Virus record (IMG/VR): IMGVR_UViG_3300025928_000007
Coordinates: 5,114-69,113 of that record
Direction: 5' to 3' (one strand)
Length of the DNA: 64,000 nucleotides
Source: a virus
Both the position numbers and the translations under genes were made by a program. Positions 28,128-38,400 of the stretch are shown in pieces. The notes below the pieces were generated by a model. That model did no database searches, was not told where the DNA came from, and saw only the letters and a program-made list of their open reading frames with translations. Numbering within the stretch: position 1 is the stretch's first letter; every line of letters begins with the position of its first letter.

Positions 28128-28323
28128 GGAACAGCTTGCGGAGGCGCAGACGGAACTCGCTCGCCGCGAGAAGGAACGTTTCGACCGGTACAGCCGCGAG
28201 TACGCCGAACGCCAGCGGGCAGCAGAGGATGCCTTCTGGGAGCGCATGAAGGCCAAGTACCCTCAGCTTGACAGGGACACCATGTACGACATATGGTCGG
28301 AAGTAGACGACTTCTTCCACTGA
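28114..28323 (+). CDS. Hypothetical helical protein
   Basis: 69 aa, operon context. Confidence 0.6.
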   Translation: MALTEEQLAEAQTELARREKERFDRYSREYAERQRAAEDAFWERMKAKYPQLDRDTMYDIWSEVDDFFH

Positions 28324-28332
28324 GAGGCAACT

Positions 28333-29502
28333 ATGAAGCAGCTAGCACCCAAGCTCTTTAGCTGGGCATCGATCCTGGACGACCAGACCCGAATCCAGGC
28401 CGAGCAGCTATCACGCATGCCGTTCATCGACCCCTATGTGGTTCTCGAAGGTGACGCGCACTTCGGAAAGGGTGCGAGCGTTGGCACCGTGATCCCGACC
28501 AAGGGAGCGATCATCCCGGCTGCGGTTGGTGTTGACATCGGATGCGGCATGATCGCGCACCGGACCCAGTTCTATGGTCACGACCTGCGTGGCATGGACC
28601 TGACAGCATTGCGTGTCACCGTGGAGGACGCGATCCCGTCCTCAGCGGGGCGCTACAACACACACCTGACCACTAGCGCACGCCGCCGTGTCGAGGAACT
28701 TGAGGCTATGCCGGGTGCGCAGGCGGCATACGAGCTAGCGCAGAACTGGCCACTTCAGCTTGGCTCGCTGGGCTCGGGTAACCACTTCATCGAGGTAACC
28801 CTTGACGACCAGGACCGGGTATGGCTGTTCCTGCACTCCGGTTCTCGTGGCGTCGGTAACAAGCTGGCCATGAAGCACATTGGCATCGCCAAGATGATGA
28901 TGCGGCATGATGACATCCACCTGGTCAACCCGGACCTGTCCTACCTGACCGAGGGCACGGGCGAGTTCGATGACTACATCACCGATCTGCTCTGGGCGCA
29001 GCACTTCGCACTGCTGAACCGCCAGGAAATGATGCAGCGCCTGACCTATGAGTTTGGGCTGTGGATCGGTGAGCCAGTCCATGTCAGCCATGCGATTCAG
29101 TGCCACCACAACTACACAGAGCGTGTCATCGACGTGGTCAATGGCGGCATGACCTGGCTGTCCCGCAAGGGTGCCATCAACGCGGAGCGCGGGGTGCTTG
29201 GCCTGATCCCGGGCTCCATGGGCGTGGCTAGCTATGTCGTGGAAGGTCTTGGCCATGCGGAAGGCTTGAACTCAGCGCCGCATGGTGCGGGACGCCTGTA
29301 CTCTCGCGGCGCGGCGAAGCGCACCTTCACCATGGATGACATGGCGAAGCAGATGGTGGGTGTCGAGTACAAGCACGACAAGTCGCTCCTGGACGAGATT
29401 CCGGGTGCGTACAAGCCGATCACACAGGTGATGGAGGACGCATCAGAGGTGGTGCGCCCGTTGTACGAGCTTCACCCGCTGGTGAACGTCAAGGGGATGT
29501 GA
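28333..29502 (+). CDS. rtcB: RtcB-family RNA ligase
   Basis: DAHFGKG, VGVDIGCGM, GSGNHFIE, HSGSRG, HHNY, RKGA, PGSMG, HGAGR, DEIPGAYK. Confidence 0.95.
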   Translation: MKQLAPKLFSWASILDDQTRIQAEQLSRMPFIDPYVVLEGDAHFGKGASVGTVIPTKGAIIPAAVGVDIGCGMIAHRTQFYGHDLRGMDLTALRVTVEDAIPSSAGRYNTHLTTSARRRVEELEAMPGAQAAYELAQNWPLQLGSLGSGNHFIEVTLDDQDRVWLFLHSGSRGVGNKLAMKHIGIAKMMMRHDDIHLVNPDLSYLTEGTGEFDDYITDLLWAQHFALLNRQEMMQRLTYEFGLWIGEPVHVSHAIQCHHNYTERVIDVVNGGMTWLSRKGAINAERGVLGLIPGSMGVASYVVEGLGHAEGLNSAPHGAGRLYSRGAAKRTFTMDDMAKQMVGVEYKHDKSLLDEIPGAYKPITQVMEDASEVVRPLYELHPLVNVKGM

Positions 29503-29503
29503 C

Positions 29504-29755
29504 ATGCAGGACGATAGCCTGGGCGCGAGCCTGCTCGTCTACATCATTGAGCAGCGGTGCCCAGATCCTCCCTGTGTATGGCGCATGAACGGGGAGTGGT
29601 GGAACGAGTGCAGAAGGCTGATAACAGCCGGTGGCCGGGCACTTATTCTGCCACCCCTGCATCCGAGCAGTGAGATCCTCCTCTACGGCTTTCCTGTGGA
29701 GGTAACTAACGAGGCGACGGTACCAGAACTGGTACCACAAGGAGGTACGGCATGA
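29504..29755 (+). CDS. Hypothetical protein
   Basis: W.MN.EW...LLYGFPVEV pattern; 1 nt after rtcB. Confidence 0.6.
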   Translation: MQDDSLGASLLVYIIEQRCPDPPCVWRMNGEWWNECRRLITAGGRALILPPLHPSSEILLYGFPVEVTNEATVPELVPQGGTA

Positions 29756-30012
29756 TTATCCTGGCCCTGCTCGCGCAGGTAGCACTACTGGTGCTTCAGT
29801 ACGGGGCACATGTCATCAACGTGAGTTTGTGGATCGTGCTTCTCCCGGCGATCCTGCTGTCAGTGCTGTGGGTATTCGTGGTTGTACTGCTCGGGCACAT
29901 GGTGTCCGTAGATACCATCAACCCCGTCAGCCCGTCACTCAGTTCCTTCGGGCACCACCGTGAGCGTGAGGCCCGAATCGCCGCGATGCGCCGCAGGACG
30001 ACCTTGCGATGA
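29752..30012 (+). CDS. Small membrane protein (2 TM)
   Basis: AAGGAGG RBS; two hydrophobic helices. Confidence 0.65.
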   Translation: MIILALLAQVALLVLQYGAHVINVSLWIVLLPAILLSVLWVFVVVLLGHMVSVDTINPVSPSLSSFGHHREREARIAAMRRRTTLR

Positions 30013-30105
30013 TCTCGTTCATCGCGCAACTGATCACCTTCGGGGTACTTACCCCGTTGGCCATCCTGGCAAGGACACCAAGAGCGGGAGAAGAATCCGG
30101 GGTAC

Positions 30106-30354
30106 GTGATGAAGTGCGACCATGGAACGAATGACCGCGTAATCGTTCCAGGCGACCAGCAGCCGGATGGGGTGCAGTTCCCGCGTTGTGGCGGGTGCTA
30201 CCACCGCACCGGCTATGCTGGTTCACAGCCGACCTCCACACGGAGGATCGCGATAAGGCATCCGTCCTACGTCTGGACGGAGATCAAGGGCCGATGGAGA
30301 GCGAGGCAGATGATGAAGGAAGCCCGTGAACGGGAAGGAACATGGCCGCTATGA
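30106..30354 (+). CDS. Small Cys/His protein
   Basis: CDH...CGGC. Confidence 0.55.
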   Translation: MMKCDHGTNDRVIVPGDQQPDGVQFPRCGGCYHRTGYAGSQPTSTRRIAIRHPSYVWTEIKGRWRARQMMKEAREREGTWPL

Positions 30355-30530
30355 TCATCGAGGTAATAGCCACGATCCTGATCCTCGTCATCGTGGTTCC
30401 TATCGCGGTGCATATGGTGATAGTTCACCACCGCGAGCGGCATCGTGCCCGCATGGTCGCCCGGTTCATGGCCAGCTACTCACCGCCACGGCCCGGGTCC
30501 GAGCCGATCTACGGCCAGGATGATGACTAG
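30342..30530 (+). CDS. Small single-pass membrane protein
   Basis: Hydrophobic N-terminus; RBS. Confidence 0.6.
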   Translation: MAAMIIEVIATILILVIVVPIAVHMVIVHHRERHRARMVARFMASYSPPRPGSEPIYGQDDD

Positions 30531-30544
30531 ACAAGGAGGAAGTT

Positions 30545-31534
30545 TTGAAGTTCCGACGACTACTGCTACTGCTGCCAGTGCTCGGATTCCTGTGGGCGTT
30601 CATCCCGCAGGGAGCTAACGCCGGATCAGTACCGAGCCAGGACTTCTGGATCGTCTGCCCTTACACGGGGATCACCGCGACGGTGGACCCCATCGTGGAC
30701 CCGGGCTCAACAACCACGGCCCACTTCCATGACTTCTATGGGAACACGACGATCAACGAGAACTCCACACCGGCCTCACTGCAAGCTGCGGGGGCTGGTG
30801 CCACATCGTGTACCACCGCGACGGACACGGCGGCCTACTGGGCTCCGGAGCTTCTGTTGCAGCCGAACGAGACCCAGACCTATGGCCCACCGGGCGCTCC
30901 ATGCACCACGCTGGCGAGCGGGTTGCAGGCATGCCACTATGCCTATATCCGTGCCTACTACAGCAATGGCTCAGTGCCGGTGTCCAACCTCCCGTTCGGG
31001 ATGTCCACCGTGGGTGGCAACTCAGACGCGACCGGAGTGCAGCCGATGTCTCAGGTCACATTCTCCTGCGGCAGTGGCACACCGTTCGAGACACACCCCT
31101 ACAGTTGTGCGGGCCACATCAACCTGGCGACCGGCAATGATGGCATCGTCGCCCGCGCGATCATGCCCCGATGCTGGAACGGCCAGGACGCCACCAACCG
31201 GGCGAACTTCCACTACCCGCCGTGTGCGGCCAGCGATCAGGTGCTGCCGGTGGTCAATGTCCGGTTCCACACCGGGATCGTCTCACCATGCCCCGGCTCG
31301 ACATGTGCGGCTGGCAACACCCAGACGCCCGCATTCGGGTTCCGGAATGCTGATGACTCGCTGAAGCCGTGGTACCAGTTCCATGCCGACTTCATGAACG
31401 GCTGGCAGTATGGCGACAGTGGCACGAGCGACAACATGGGTGGCGTGGATGACCTGGTGCAGGACTGCCTGATCAGCGCGCTTGCCTGCCCGCCGAACCC
31501 GCACACCACGCCGCACAACAACATGCCGACATGA
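30545..31534 (+). CDS. Secreted DUF1996-like protein
   Basis: Signal peptide; DPIVDPG...HFHDFYGN, SC...DTAAYWAP, P.CWNG, HADFMNGW. Confidence 0.85.
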   Translation: MKFRRLLLLLPVLGFLWAFIPQGANAGSVPSQDFWIVCPYTGITATVDPIVDPGSTTTAHFHDFYGNTTINENSTPASLQAAGAGATSCTTATDTAAYWAPELLLQPNETQTYGPPGAPCTTLASGLQACHYAYIRAYYSNGSVPVSNLPFGMSTVGGNSDATGVQPMSQVTFSCGSGTPFETHPYSCAGHINLATGNDGIVARAIMPRCWNGQDATNRANFHYPPCAASDQVLPVVNVRFHTGIVSPCPGSTCAAGNTQTPAFGFRNADDSLKPWYQFHADFMNGWQYGDSGTSDNMGGVDDLVQDCLISALACPPNPHTTPHNNMPT

Positions 31535-31743
31535 TGAACCGGTTCCGGAGGTGGCTCCAGCGAGGGCTGACCCCGTTTGGCGATATCCAGTTGGGCGAGG
31601 TCCGATGGCATGGTGACCGGCCCCTCGTGCTGATCTCCGTGAACTACAGCCTGGAACCGCATTCTCCCGCGATGCTGACCCTCACCTATGTGGATCAGGT
31701 CGATGCGGAGGACCGGGCCACGGAAGGAGTAGTAACAACGTAA
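31531..31743 (+). CDS. Hypothetical protein
   Basis: ATGA coupling; last gene of the + arm. Confidence 0.55.
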   Translation: MMNRFRRWLQRGLTPFGDIQLGEVRWHGDRPLVLISVNYSLEPHSPAMLTLTYVDQVDAEDRATEGVVTT

Positions 31744-31786
31744 CTAGCGCTCTGCGGCTCTGAGAGCAAATCTGAGCGCATCCTAA

Positions 31787-31820
31787 AACGGGCCACCCTG
31801 AGATACTGGGGTGGCCCGTT
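31787..31820. terminator. Terminator at convergence of the two arms (probably bidirectional)
   Basis: 12-bp stem aacgggccaccc/gggtggcccgtt; A-run on the left gives a U-tract on the - strand. Confidence 0.75.
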
Positions 31821-31827
31821 CGCTCGT

Positions 31828-32175
31828 CTACGTTGCGCTCAGGGCCGTCCAGACGGTATCTGGGTTGGGAGCGCCGTCGTGGTGGTATAGAATCCTTTCT
31901 TCGAGCGCCCTTCTCCTGAAATCCGCGCCTCCACCGGAGGCTCGCCTATACCGGTGGAACCATTCGCCACGATAATGGAGCTTCTTGAACTTTTCGTGTA
32001 GCTCCTTTTCTTGTTCCATCCCTCCCCGTAGCACTCCGAAGCAAACTAGCTCATCGGGGTTACCGATCTGTAGGCTGCTGATCCGCTCCTTTAGGTTATC
32101 TCCCATACAGTACCCAATCTTGACATACTTGCCATATTCCCCACGTTCGTCTATGGTGCCCACCAGATAGATCAT
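31828..32175 (-). CDS. GIY-YIG nuclease (T5orf172/MUG113-like)
   Basis: IYLVG...VKIGY...RISSLQIGNP...EKELH..F...RGEWF; AGGAG RBS. Confidence 0.8.
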   Translation of the reverse strand: MIYLVGTIDERGEYGKYVKIGYCMGDNLKERISSLQIGNPDELVCFGVLRGGMEQEKELHEKFKKLHYRGEWFHRYRRASGGGADFRRRALEERILYHHDGAPNPDTVWTALSAT

Positions 32176-32191
32176 CGATTCTCCTAAAAGA

Positions 32192-32225
32192 AGTACCCCC
32201 ACACGCGGCCACGTATGGGGGTACT
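32192..32225 (-). terminator. Intrinsic terminator after the lysis genes
   Basis: - strand agtacccccatacg/cgtgtgggggtact followed by TCTTTT; G-U pair only on the - strand. Confidence 0.7.
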
Positions 32226-32272
32226 GGTTCTTCACCTGTGGCCGCAGGTCTATTTAGTTGTCTAGGAGAATG

Positions 32273-32566
32273 TCAGAGCCCGCGAGCCCTGTCACCCACT
32301 GTCGTGCCCGGCTTCGGCACGATAGCGAGAACCTGCTCGGCCTCGGCCACCCATGCCTCGACCTCCTGGACGGTCGCCTTGTGGGTTGCGAGGAAGCCAC
32401 TGGTGAAGTAGCCCAGCGCGCCAACGCCAGCGGTGATGATGGTCGCTACCTCGGGCGGCAGTGCTGAGTGCCATGCCGGGACGAGTGCGACAAGCAGGGC
32501 GGTGATGAGACCACTCAGGCCGCCACCAAGAGTTCCGAGACTTACCTTTCCGCTAATCATGTTCAT
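32273..32566 (-). CDS. Holin
   Basis: 97 aa, two TM helices, directly after the endolysin. Confidence 0.75.
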   Translation of the reverse strand: MNMISGKVSLGTLGGGLSGLITALLVALVPAWHSALPPEVATIITAGVGALGYFTSGFLATHKATVQEVEAWVAEAEQVLAIVPKPGTTVGDRARGL

Positions 32567-32578
32567 GATCCTTTCCTG

Positions 32579-33502
32579 TCATGCCGACAGCTTTGCTCCC
32601 ATGGCCGCTACCACATCGGCTGCCAGGGTCGGTGGGAGCCCAGCAAGGACATGCTGGGCGATGGTGTCCGCAGTCTCGCCACTAGCGGCAAGCTGCGATA
32701 CAACGGCGGTAGCGACCGCCGCCGGGTCTACCTGATGCGACACTGCGGTCATGATGGTCGCAACATTGCGGGCTACAGCCTGAAGATCAGTCTCGGCCGC
32801 TAGCGTGGGAATGTTGCGGTCTGCACGCCGCAGCACGCCGTTGATGGTGGCATTCGTGGAGGAGTCCACCACCTGTGCGCCAACCGCCGCCGCGATCTTG
32901 GCGGCGTCTGCATCTGTGATTGCCATATCTCCTGCCTCCCATAGAGGAACTCCGTCCTTGACCCATGACAGGTCGAAGGAACCAGCAAAGTCGAATTGCG
33001 TGGCGACCGCATCGCCCATGGTGATCGGGAAGGCTATCCCCGGAGCCGCGATGAAGGTGCCACCGCTTGTCTTCGGGTTGTTCCAGATCGATCCCTGTGA
33101 TCCGTACTTGGTCGTTGTGTAGCCAGCCGCCGTCAGAATCGCGTTGAACGTGTTCACGTATCCGGTAGCGACCGCTGTCTCCAGATCGAGAATGCAGCTA
33201 ACACCCTTCGGCACACCGAGCGCCTTCAGCGTAGACACGCATGCGTTCGCGTCAGCACTCGCGCTAACCTGTGACGGGTTGGACCGTACCCAGCATGGCC
33301 AGATCAGCGGCGTGCGTGCTGCCGCATCCTTAATCTCCGTACCAGTCCAGACATGAACGGTATCGCCGCCGATGTACGCGAGCGTGATAGTCGCGCCATG
33401 CAGCGTCACCGTGTTAGCCGGGAATGCCGAGTCGATCATTACCTGATACCCGGTGGGTGTGGCGGAGAAGTTACGGGCGATGAGCCCTTGGTGCATTGCC
33501 AT
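32579..33502 (-). CDS. Endolysin (GH25-like/DUF1906-like glycoside hydrolase)
   Basis: AYIGG.T.HVWT..E, LGVPKG...LDLET, YGS, Q-F...DLS; position between tail genes and holin. Confidence 0.75.
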   Translation of the reverse strand: MAMHQGLIARNFSATPTGYQVMIDSAFPANTVTLHGATITLAYIGGDTVHVWTGTEIKDAAARTPLIWPCWVRSNPSQVSASADANACVSTLKALGVPKGVSCILDLETAVATGYVNTFNAILTAAGYTTTKYGSQGSIWNNPKTSGGTFIAAPGIAFPITMGDAVATQFDFAGSFDLSWVKDGVPLWEAGDMAITDADAAKIAAAVGAQVVDSSTNATINGVLRRADRNIPTLAAETDLQAVARNVATIMTAVSHQVDPAAVATAVVSQLAASGETADTIAQHVLAGLPPTLAADVVAAMGAKLSA

Positions 33503-33530
33503 AACTTACCCTCCCTTCCCATTATACCAT

Positions 33531-34163
33531 TCATGAACCTATGCGGAGCCAGCGGCCGGTGAACTGCATGGACATCCGGCCATTCGTGTACACGGACGGC
33601 TGGCCAGAGTTGTCATTCGGCTCCCAGATTCCTGTGGCGGTCATGAACACCATCACCTGAAGCGTGTCACCCGGGTACATCGGTACGGGAGTGATAGCAG
33701 ACATCACACCAACCTGGCAGGCCGAGCCCGAGCCGGTTACACCCGTGGTGGTGCCCCTGAAACCGAACCAGCCCGGTGACTGTGCGGAGTAGGGTGATGC
33801 TGATCCCGCGATCCACTTGAACGCCGTGCTGTATCCCAGGCGTGCAGCCGTGTTCTGGACCTGGGTGCATGCCTCGACATGGTAGGTGCCCTGTGTCACA
33901 ATCGTAGCGCTCGGCCAGGTGGTACCTGCGGTCTGCACACTGTCGCTGTCGAAGATGTTCGTGTCATAGGTGACGGGAGTCCAGGTATTGGCCGTGATGG
34001 AGCCACTGACCGTGTGCGCGATGAACTTCCAGGTTGGCCGTGTGTTGTGGTTGATCAGAAATGAGGCCGCATAGCTGAGTTCGTTCAGGTCAGTAATGGC
34101 TGGTGCACCCTGAGACAACCCCAGGGGCAGCGTGGGAACGATGTTGCCTGCGCCATCAGCCAT
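33531..34163 (-). CDS. Minor tail / receptor-binding protein (C1q/TNF-like domain)
   Basis: WTPVTYDT..FDSD, TIVTQGTYHV, YPGDTLQV. Confidence 0.7.
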   Translation of the reverse strand: MADGAGNIVPTLPLGLSQGAPAITDLNELSYAASFLINHNTRPTWKFIAHTVSGSITANTWTPVTYDTNIFDSDSVQTAGTTWPSATIVTQGTYHVEACTQVQNTAARLGYSTAFKWIAGSASPYSAQSPGWFGFRGTTTGVTGSGSACQVGVMSAITPVPMYPGDTLQVMVFMTATGIWEPNDNSGQPSVYTNGRMSMQFTGRWLRIGS

Positions 34164-34795
34164 CAGATACTCACCAACTCTAGCTCGAAGTAGGACCCGG
34201 CCGTACTGCTGCCGGTAGGCCCTGTGATACCCGTGCTCGCTCCCGCGCTGTCGGCCTGGATGAAGACCTCAAGGTAGTCGCCCTGGTACAGGTAGAACGG
34301 CCAGTCGCCGCCGCCCGTGGCCCAGCCGAAGTTGCCCGCGTTCAGGTCACTGTAGCCGCCCCAGTAGTTACCGGAGGCCACACCCGTGCCCACCGGGTTG
34401 TTCGCACCAGACGTAGACGCCACGCAACTGTTGAACGACTTGCCCACGGTGCCACAGTTGATGCCATAGCGCACTGAGTACCAGCCGGGGGTCTGGACCG
34501 TCAAACGTGTCGGGTGCGCGATCACCCACATCCCGTCAGGGTCGAAGATGCGGCCGGTGAAGGAGACCGCCACGAAGGTCGTCGTGATCGCCTGGCCACC
34601 CGTGGTATCGCTGACCTTCACAATCGGCTTGTTGAGTGCGAAGCTCGCGGCGTTCACCAGCGCTTGCAGGTCCGCTAGCTGCACCACATACCCGGCTGGC
34701 AAACTGGGCAGCACAGGAATGGCCATGCCCGTGCCTGCCGTACCCGGAAACAGGAGACTGCCGGGAAATGTTCCTCCGCCTGGGACAGCACTCAT
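34163..34795 (-). CDS. Minor tail / receptor-binding protein (C1q/TNF-like domain)
   Basis: ATG at 34795 (TAATG coupling); FDPDGMW...TVQTPGWYSV...LYQGDYLEV. Confidence 0.7.
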   Translation of the reverse strand: MSAVPGGGTFPGSLLFPGTAGTGMAIPVLPSLPAGYVVQLADLQALVNAASFALNKPIVKVSDTTGGQAITTTFVAVSFTGRIFDPDGMWVIAHPTRLTVQTPGWYSVRYGINCGTVGKSFNSCVASTSGANNPVGTGVASGNYWGGYSDLNAGNFGWATGGGDWPFYLYQGDYLEVFIQADSAGASTGITGPTGSSTAGSYFELELVSI

Positions 34796-35460
34796 TACCA
34801 GATCGCTCCCCAGTAGGTCTGTGATGTCTGGGTGATGCTGCCAGGCGTGATAGATGCGGGGATCGAGTTCTGGCCCGTGAGAATTGAGCCGTACTTCGAG
34901 TTGGCGGCGGTCAGCTTGCCATTGGCGAAGCTGGCGGATAGGTTGGTGGTACGGGCAAAGGACGGCCCGGTCGTGCCGTTGAACACGATAGTGATCCAGC
35001 AGAATGGTGGCTGAATGGTGAATGGCCCGCCCGTGAGGGTCATGTCGATGACGCCTGTCGCACCGCCCCATGCGCTGGTCTGGTCGGCGGTAGTGGCGAT
35101 CTTGGTGCCCGTGGAGTCGATCAGCCCGGCGAAGTTCTGGGCTGTGGTCAGTGTGACGCCCGCCGTCACCAGGTAGCTGCGAATGGTCGTCACAGATACC
35201 GGCACCGCTACCGGCACCTTCCACAGGAATGCGACACCAGCGTTTGGAATGGCCACACCAGCGATACCTGCGGGCAGAATATGCGGGTCGTACGTCCAGC
35301 CCGCATATCCCTGCGCGGCGGGACCGTTAGCATTGATCCCCTGGATGGCGTTCATGCCCGTGTCGTAGTTCGTCAGGGACGCCGCCGTGATCGGTGTTGC
35401 CGTGGACGGGCTATCCGCCCAGCCGGTGCCATAGAACGGGTTGAAATAGGTGTTGCTCAT
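34795..35460 (-). CDS. Minor tail protein
   Basis: WADSPSTATPITAASLTN N-terminal motif typical of tail fibre/baseplate proteins. Confidence 0.7.
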   Translation of the reverse strand: MSNTYFNPFYGTGWADSPSTATPITAASLTNYDTGMNAIQGINANGPAAQGYAGWTYDPHILPAGIAGVAIPNAGVAFLWKVPVAVPVSVTTIRSYLVTAGVTLTTAQNFAGLIDSTGTKIATTADQTSAWGGATGVIDMTLTGGPFTIQPPFCWITIVFNGTTGPSFARTTNLSASFANGKLTAANSKYGSILTGQNSIPASITPGSITQTSQTYWGAIW

Positions 35461-38400
35461 GCCGTGTTCACCACCAGGGTCCAGGCACCTGGGCCACCCT
35501 TCCAGGTTCCGTAGTAGTCGAGGTTGGTCGTCGTGCTGTCACCCAGCACGAGGGCGGTAGCCCCTCCTGTAACGAATGGTGTAATCATCGATGTCGGGAT
35601 CGAGAATGTCAGGTTCTGCCGTGGGTTGAACTTCTGATGGATCACATCAAGGGTGTCCGTTGAGGAGTCAGGCTGGTACGAGGATGCGCCAGGGGTCTGC
35701 GTGGTGTAGCCAAGCATCAGCTTCGTGCCGGTGTTGTACCAACTCGTCAGGTTCGAGCAGTGCAGTGTCGCGGACTTGATCGTCTTGCCGGTAAGCTGGC
35801 TGGCGATGAAGGCGGCATTGAACTTGACCTGTGCCGTCTGCGAGCCCTCCGAGTCCTGCGTGCCCTTCACGCCCTGGAAGCAGTCCAGGTCCGTGTTACG
35901 GCGGGCATATGGAGAGAAGCCCTTCTTGCCCTGGTATGAGTATGTGTGCGTGTTGTTGAACGTGAACGTGTTCGGTGCCGGAACCGGGTTCAGGTTGACC
36001 GTACCACCGAATGCCAGTGAGGAGTTGATCTCCGTGCGGTCATCCTTGGTGGCCAGCCCCACGAAGCGGATCGACATATGGGAGCCGACGCTGCCCGTAG
36101 AGGTCCCACGGGATGATGTGTAGTTGTGCTCGCCACACAGCGCTACCATGTCACCGATACCCAGGTACACGCGGTGAACCGCATTCGATACCGGGGTCAT
36201 GCTGTTGCCATTCCAGCGGGTCTGTTCCCCCACCGGGCAGATATAGCGGCCAATGTTCAGTGGTGTGCCGAGGCCCGCGCCGAGTGCCTGCGCGGCACCC
36301 TGTGCGATAGCGATCCACCCCATGCCAGTATAACCCGCCTGAGCAGTCGTCAGTGACCACACCAGGGACGCACTGATCTCATAGAAGCCGGGAACGGTGC
36401 ACACATACCAGTTCGGGTATCCCGGGATCAGGCCCATACCGCCCGTGGTATCGACATGAATCACGTCCCAGTTCATCGCCGGGTTCGCCAGCGCACCCGT
36501 GCCAAAGCTCTGTGTCTGGCTCGTCGCGGAGACAATACACATCGGTGGCTGGAGGACAAGCCGCAGCGACTCGTTGATGCCACGCATGTCCTGCGCGCCG
36601 ACGAAGAAGTTTCCGCTGCCGCTCGGGTTGTTCATGCCGATGGAGAACACAGGCGGCCAGTATGGCGGTCCCGCGTCGTGTGACACATCCTTGCCATCGG
36701 CCTGCGGCGTTGAGACATCGGCCTGGCTGATACCAATCCTGGTCGTCTCACCCAGCACACCGTAGACCGGATCACCCGGAATCCAGGCTCGCTGCGCCTC
36801 AGCCGGTGACACATAGAACTGGAGGGTCCAGCTATTCTCCGTCTTGGTCTCGGTGATGCCCTCGATGAACCACTCCGTTGACCCGGTATCGCTCGGGAAT
36901 GGCACCGGCAATACCTGGGTCGTATCCGGCGCGATCAGGTCATCGATCTCTAGGCCGTAGAAGAAGCTCACACCCAGTGGGACCGTGACCGGGTTACCCT
37001 GGGGGTCGAGCGTGGTGATCGTCCAGGTTGGGTCAAGGGTCATGAGGTCAATCGTCAGCGAGGCCGGGAACAGCCATGGGTCACTGCGGGAGTTCGAGTT
37101 CCATGCGGCGACATCGATCAGGTTTGGGTCAGGCCAGAATGACAGCGACGGAATGCCAAGCTGTGCATACGCCCGGGACCAGGTGATCAGCGGCAAAGAC
37201 ACCGGAGAGCTTACCGGGTTCGAGGCATAGATGCCATACTGCTCCTGGGAGGCGGTGTTGATGAAGCCGGTCTGGATGTTGGCGGAGTTCACCGCATCCG
37301 TGGGCTGCTGAACATCGCCCGTGTTGGTGCTCAGGCTTGCGCCCTGCTGGCCACTGGCACCCGTGGTCGCCGTTCCTGCCACTCCCATCTCATTGCACAT
37401 GAACTGGTCGATGACGGCGAAGTTCAGGTCGGGGCTGTATGAGCCCGGCGGCAGGACGAGGTCCGGAGGCCCATGCCCCATTCTCCAGTCCCTGGTATGG
37501 AAGTTCACCGCGCCGCTGGAATCGGTGTAGACGAATCCCTGCTCCGCCTGCGCGATCATCTGCATCGCGGTTAGTGCATTCGTGCCCGTGATGTCCATGT
37601 ACTCCATCAGGGTCAGGCCGACGTGGTTCGCGGACAGGTTCGACCAGAACGCGGGCAGGTTCGCATAGGACGATACCTGGGCAAGGGTGTCGTCAGCGGT
37701 CTGTTCCCACATCCCGTACTGGCCAAGCTGGGTGTGCAGTAGAATGGTCTGGGGTGCTAGCGCCTGTGGGTATACCGACACCAACTGGATGCCACCGAAG
37801 TGTGCGCCCGCACCGCCATAGGCAGCACCCACGGCGATGGTGTCGAAGACCTGGCCCTGCACCAGGTTGACCTGGCCCAGCAGGACACCATCCAGATAGA
37901 CCTGCACAAGCCCAGGACCGGTCTTGCCCAGCACGTTGAGCACAAGATGATGCGGAATGCGAACGGTGTCAGCCGGTAGCGGGATAGACGCGGAACTAAG
38001 CGCCGCTGGCGCGGAGGCGCTCGGCCAGTTCAGCCCTAGGAATGCCGGTGGCTGGTTGTAGTTCGCTACTTCGTACTTCAGCGCGCCCGCATTCAGGAAC
38101 ACACCGGAGACAAGCGTGGCCTTCTGGCGGGAGGAGCCGAGGCTTAGCTGGATGTATGGCCCGTAGTTGGCGCTCATGTGCTGGCCAATGTATGGGTCCA
38201 TGGTGAACCAGCACTCGAAGGCATAACTCACGGCTGGGTTGTTGGTCGCCAGAGTCTGCGGAAGTTCAGCCTGCAAATAGTACCCGTTGTTGCCGATGAA
38301 CTGATTCTGGCTGGACTGCGCCGTGGTCACCGGGGTCAGGTAGATGCCGCCCAGCGGTGTTGTGAATGGACCGACCGTGTTCGAGTCCAGCCCGCGAATC

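Noticed and set aside
34796-35224. N-terminal extension of ORF 34163-35224
   Set aside because: Overlaps the real 34795-35460 gene out of frame; true start is the coupled ATG at 34795
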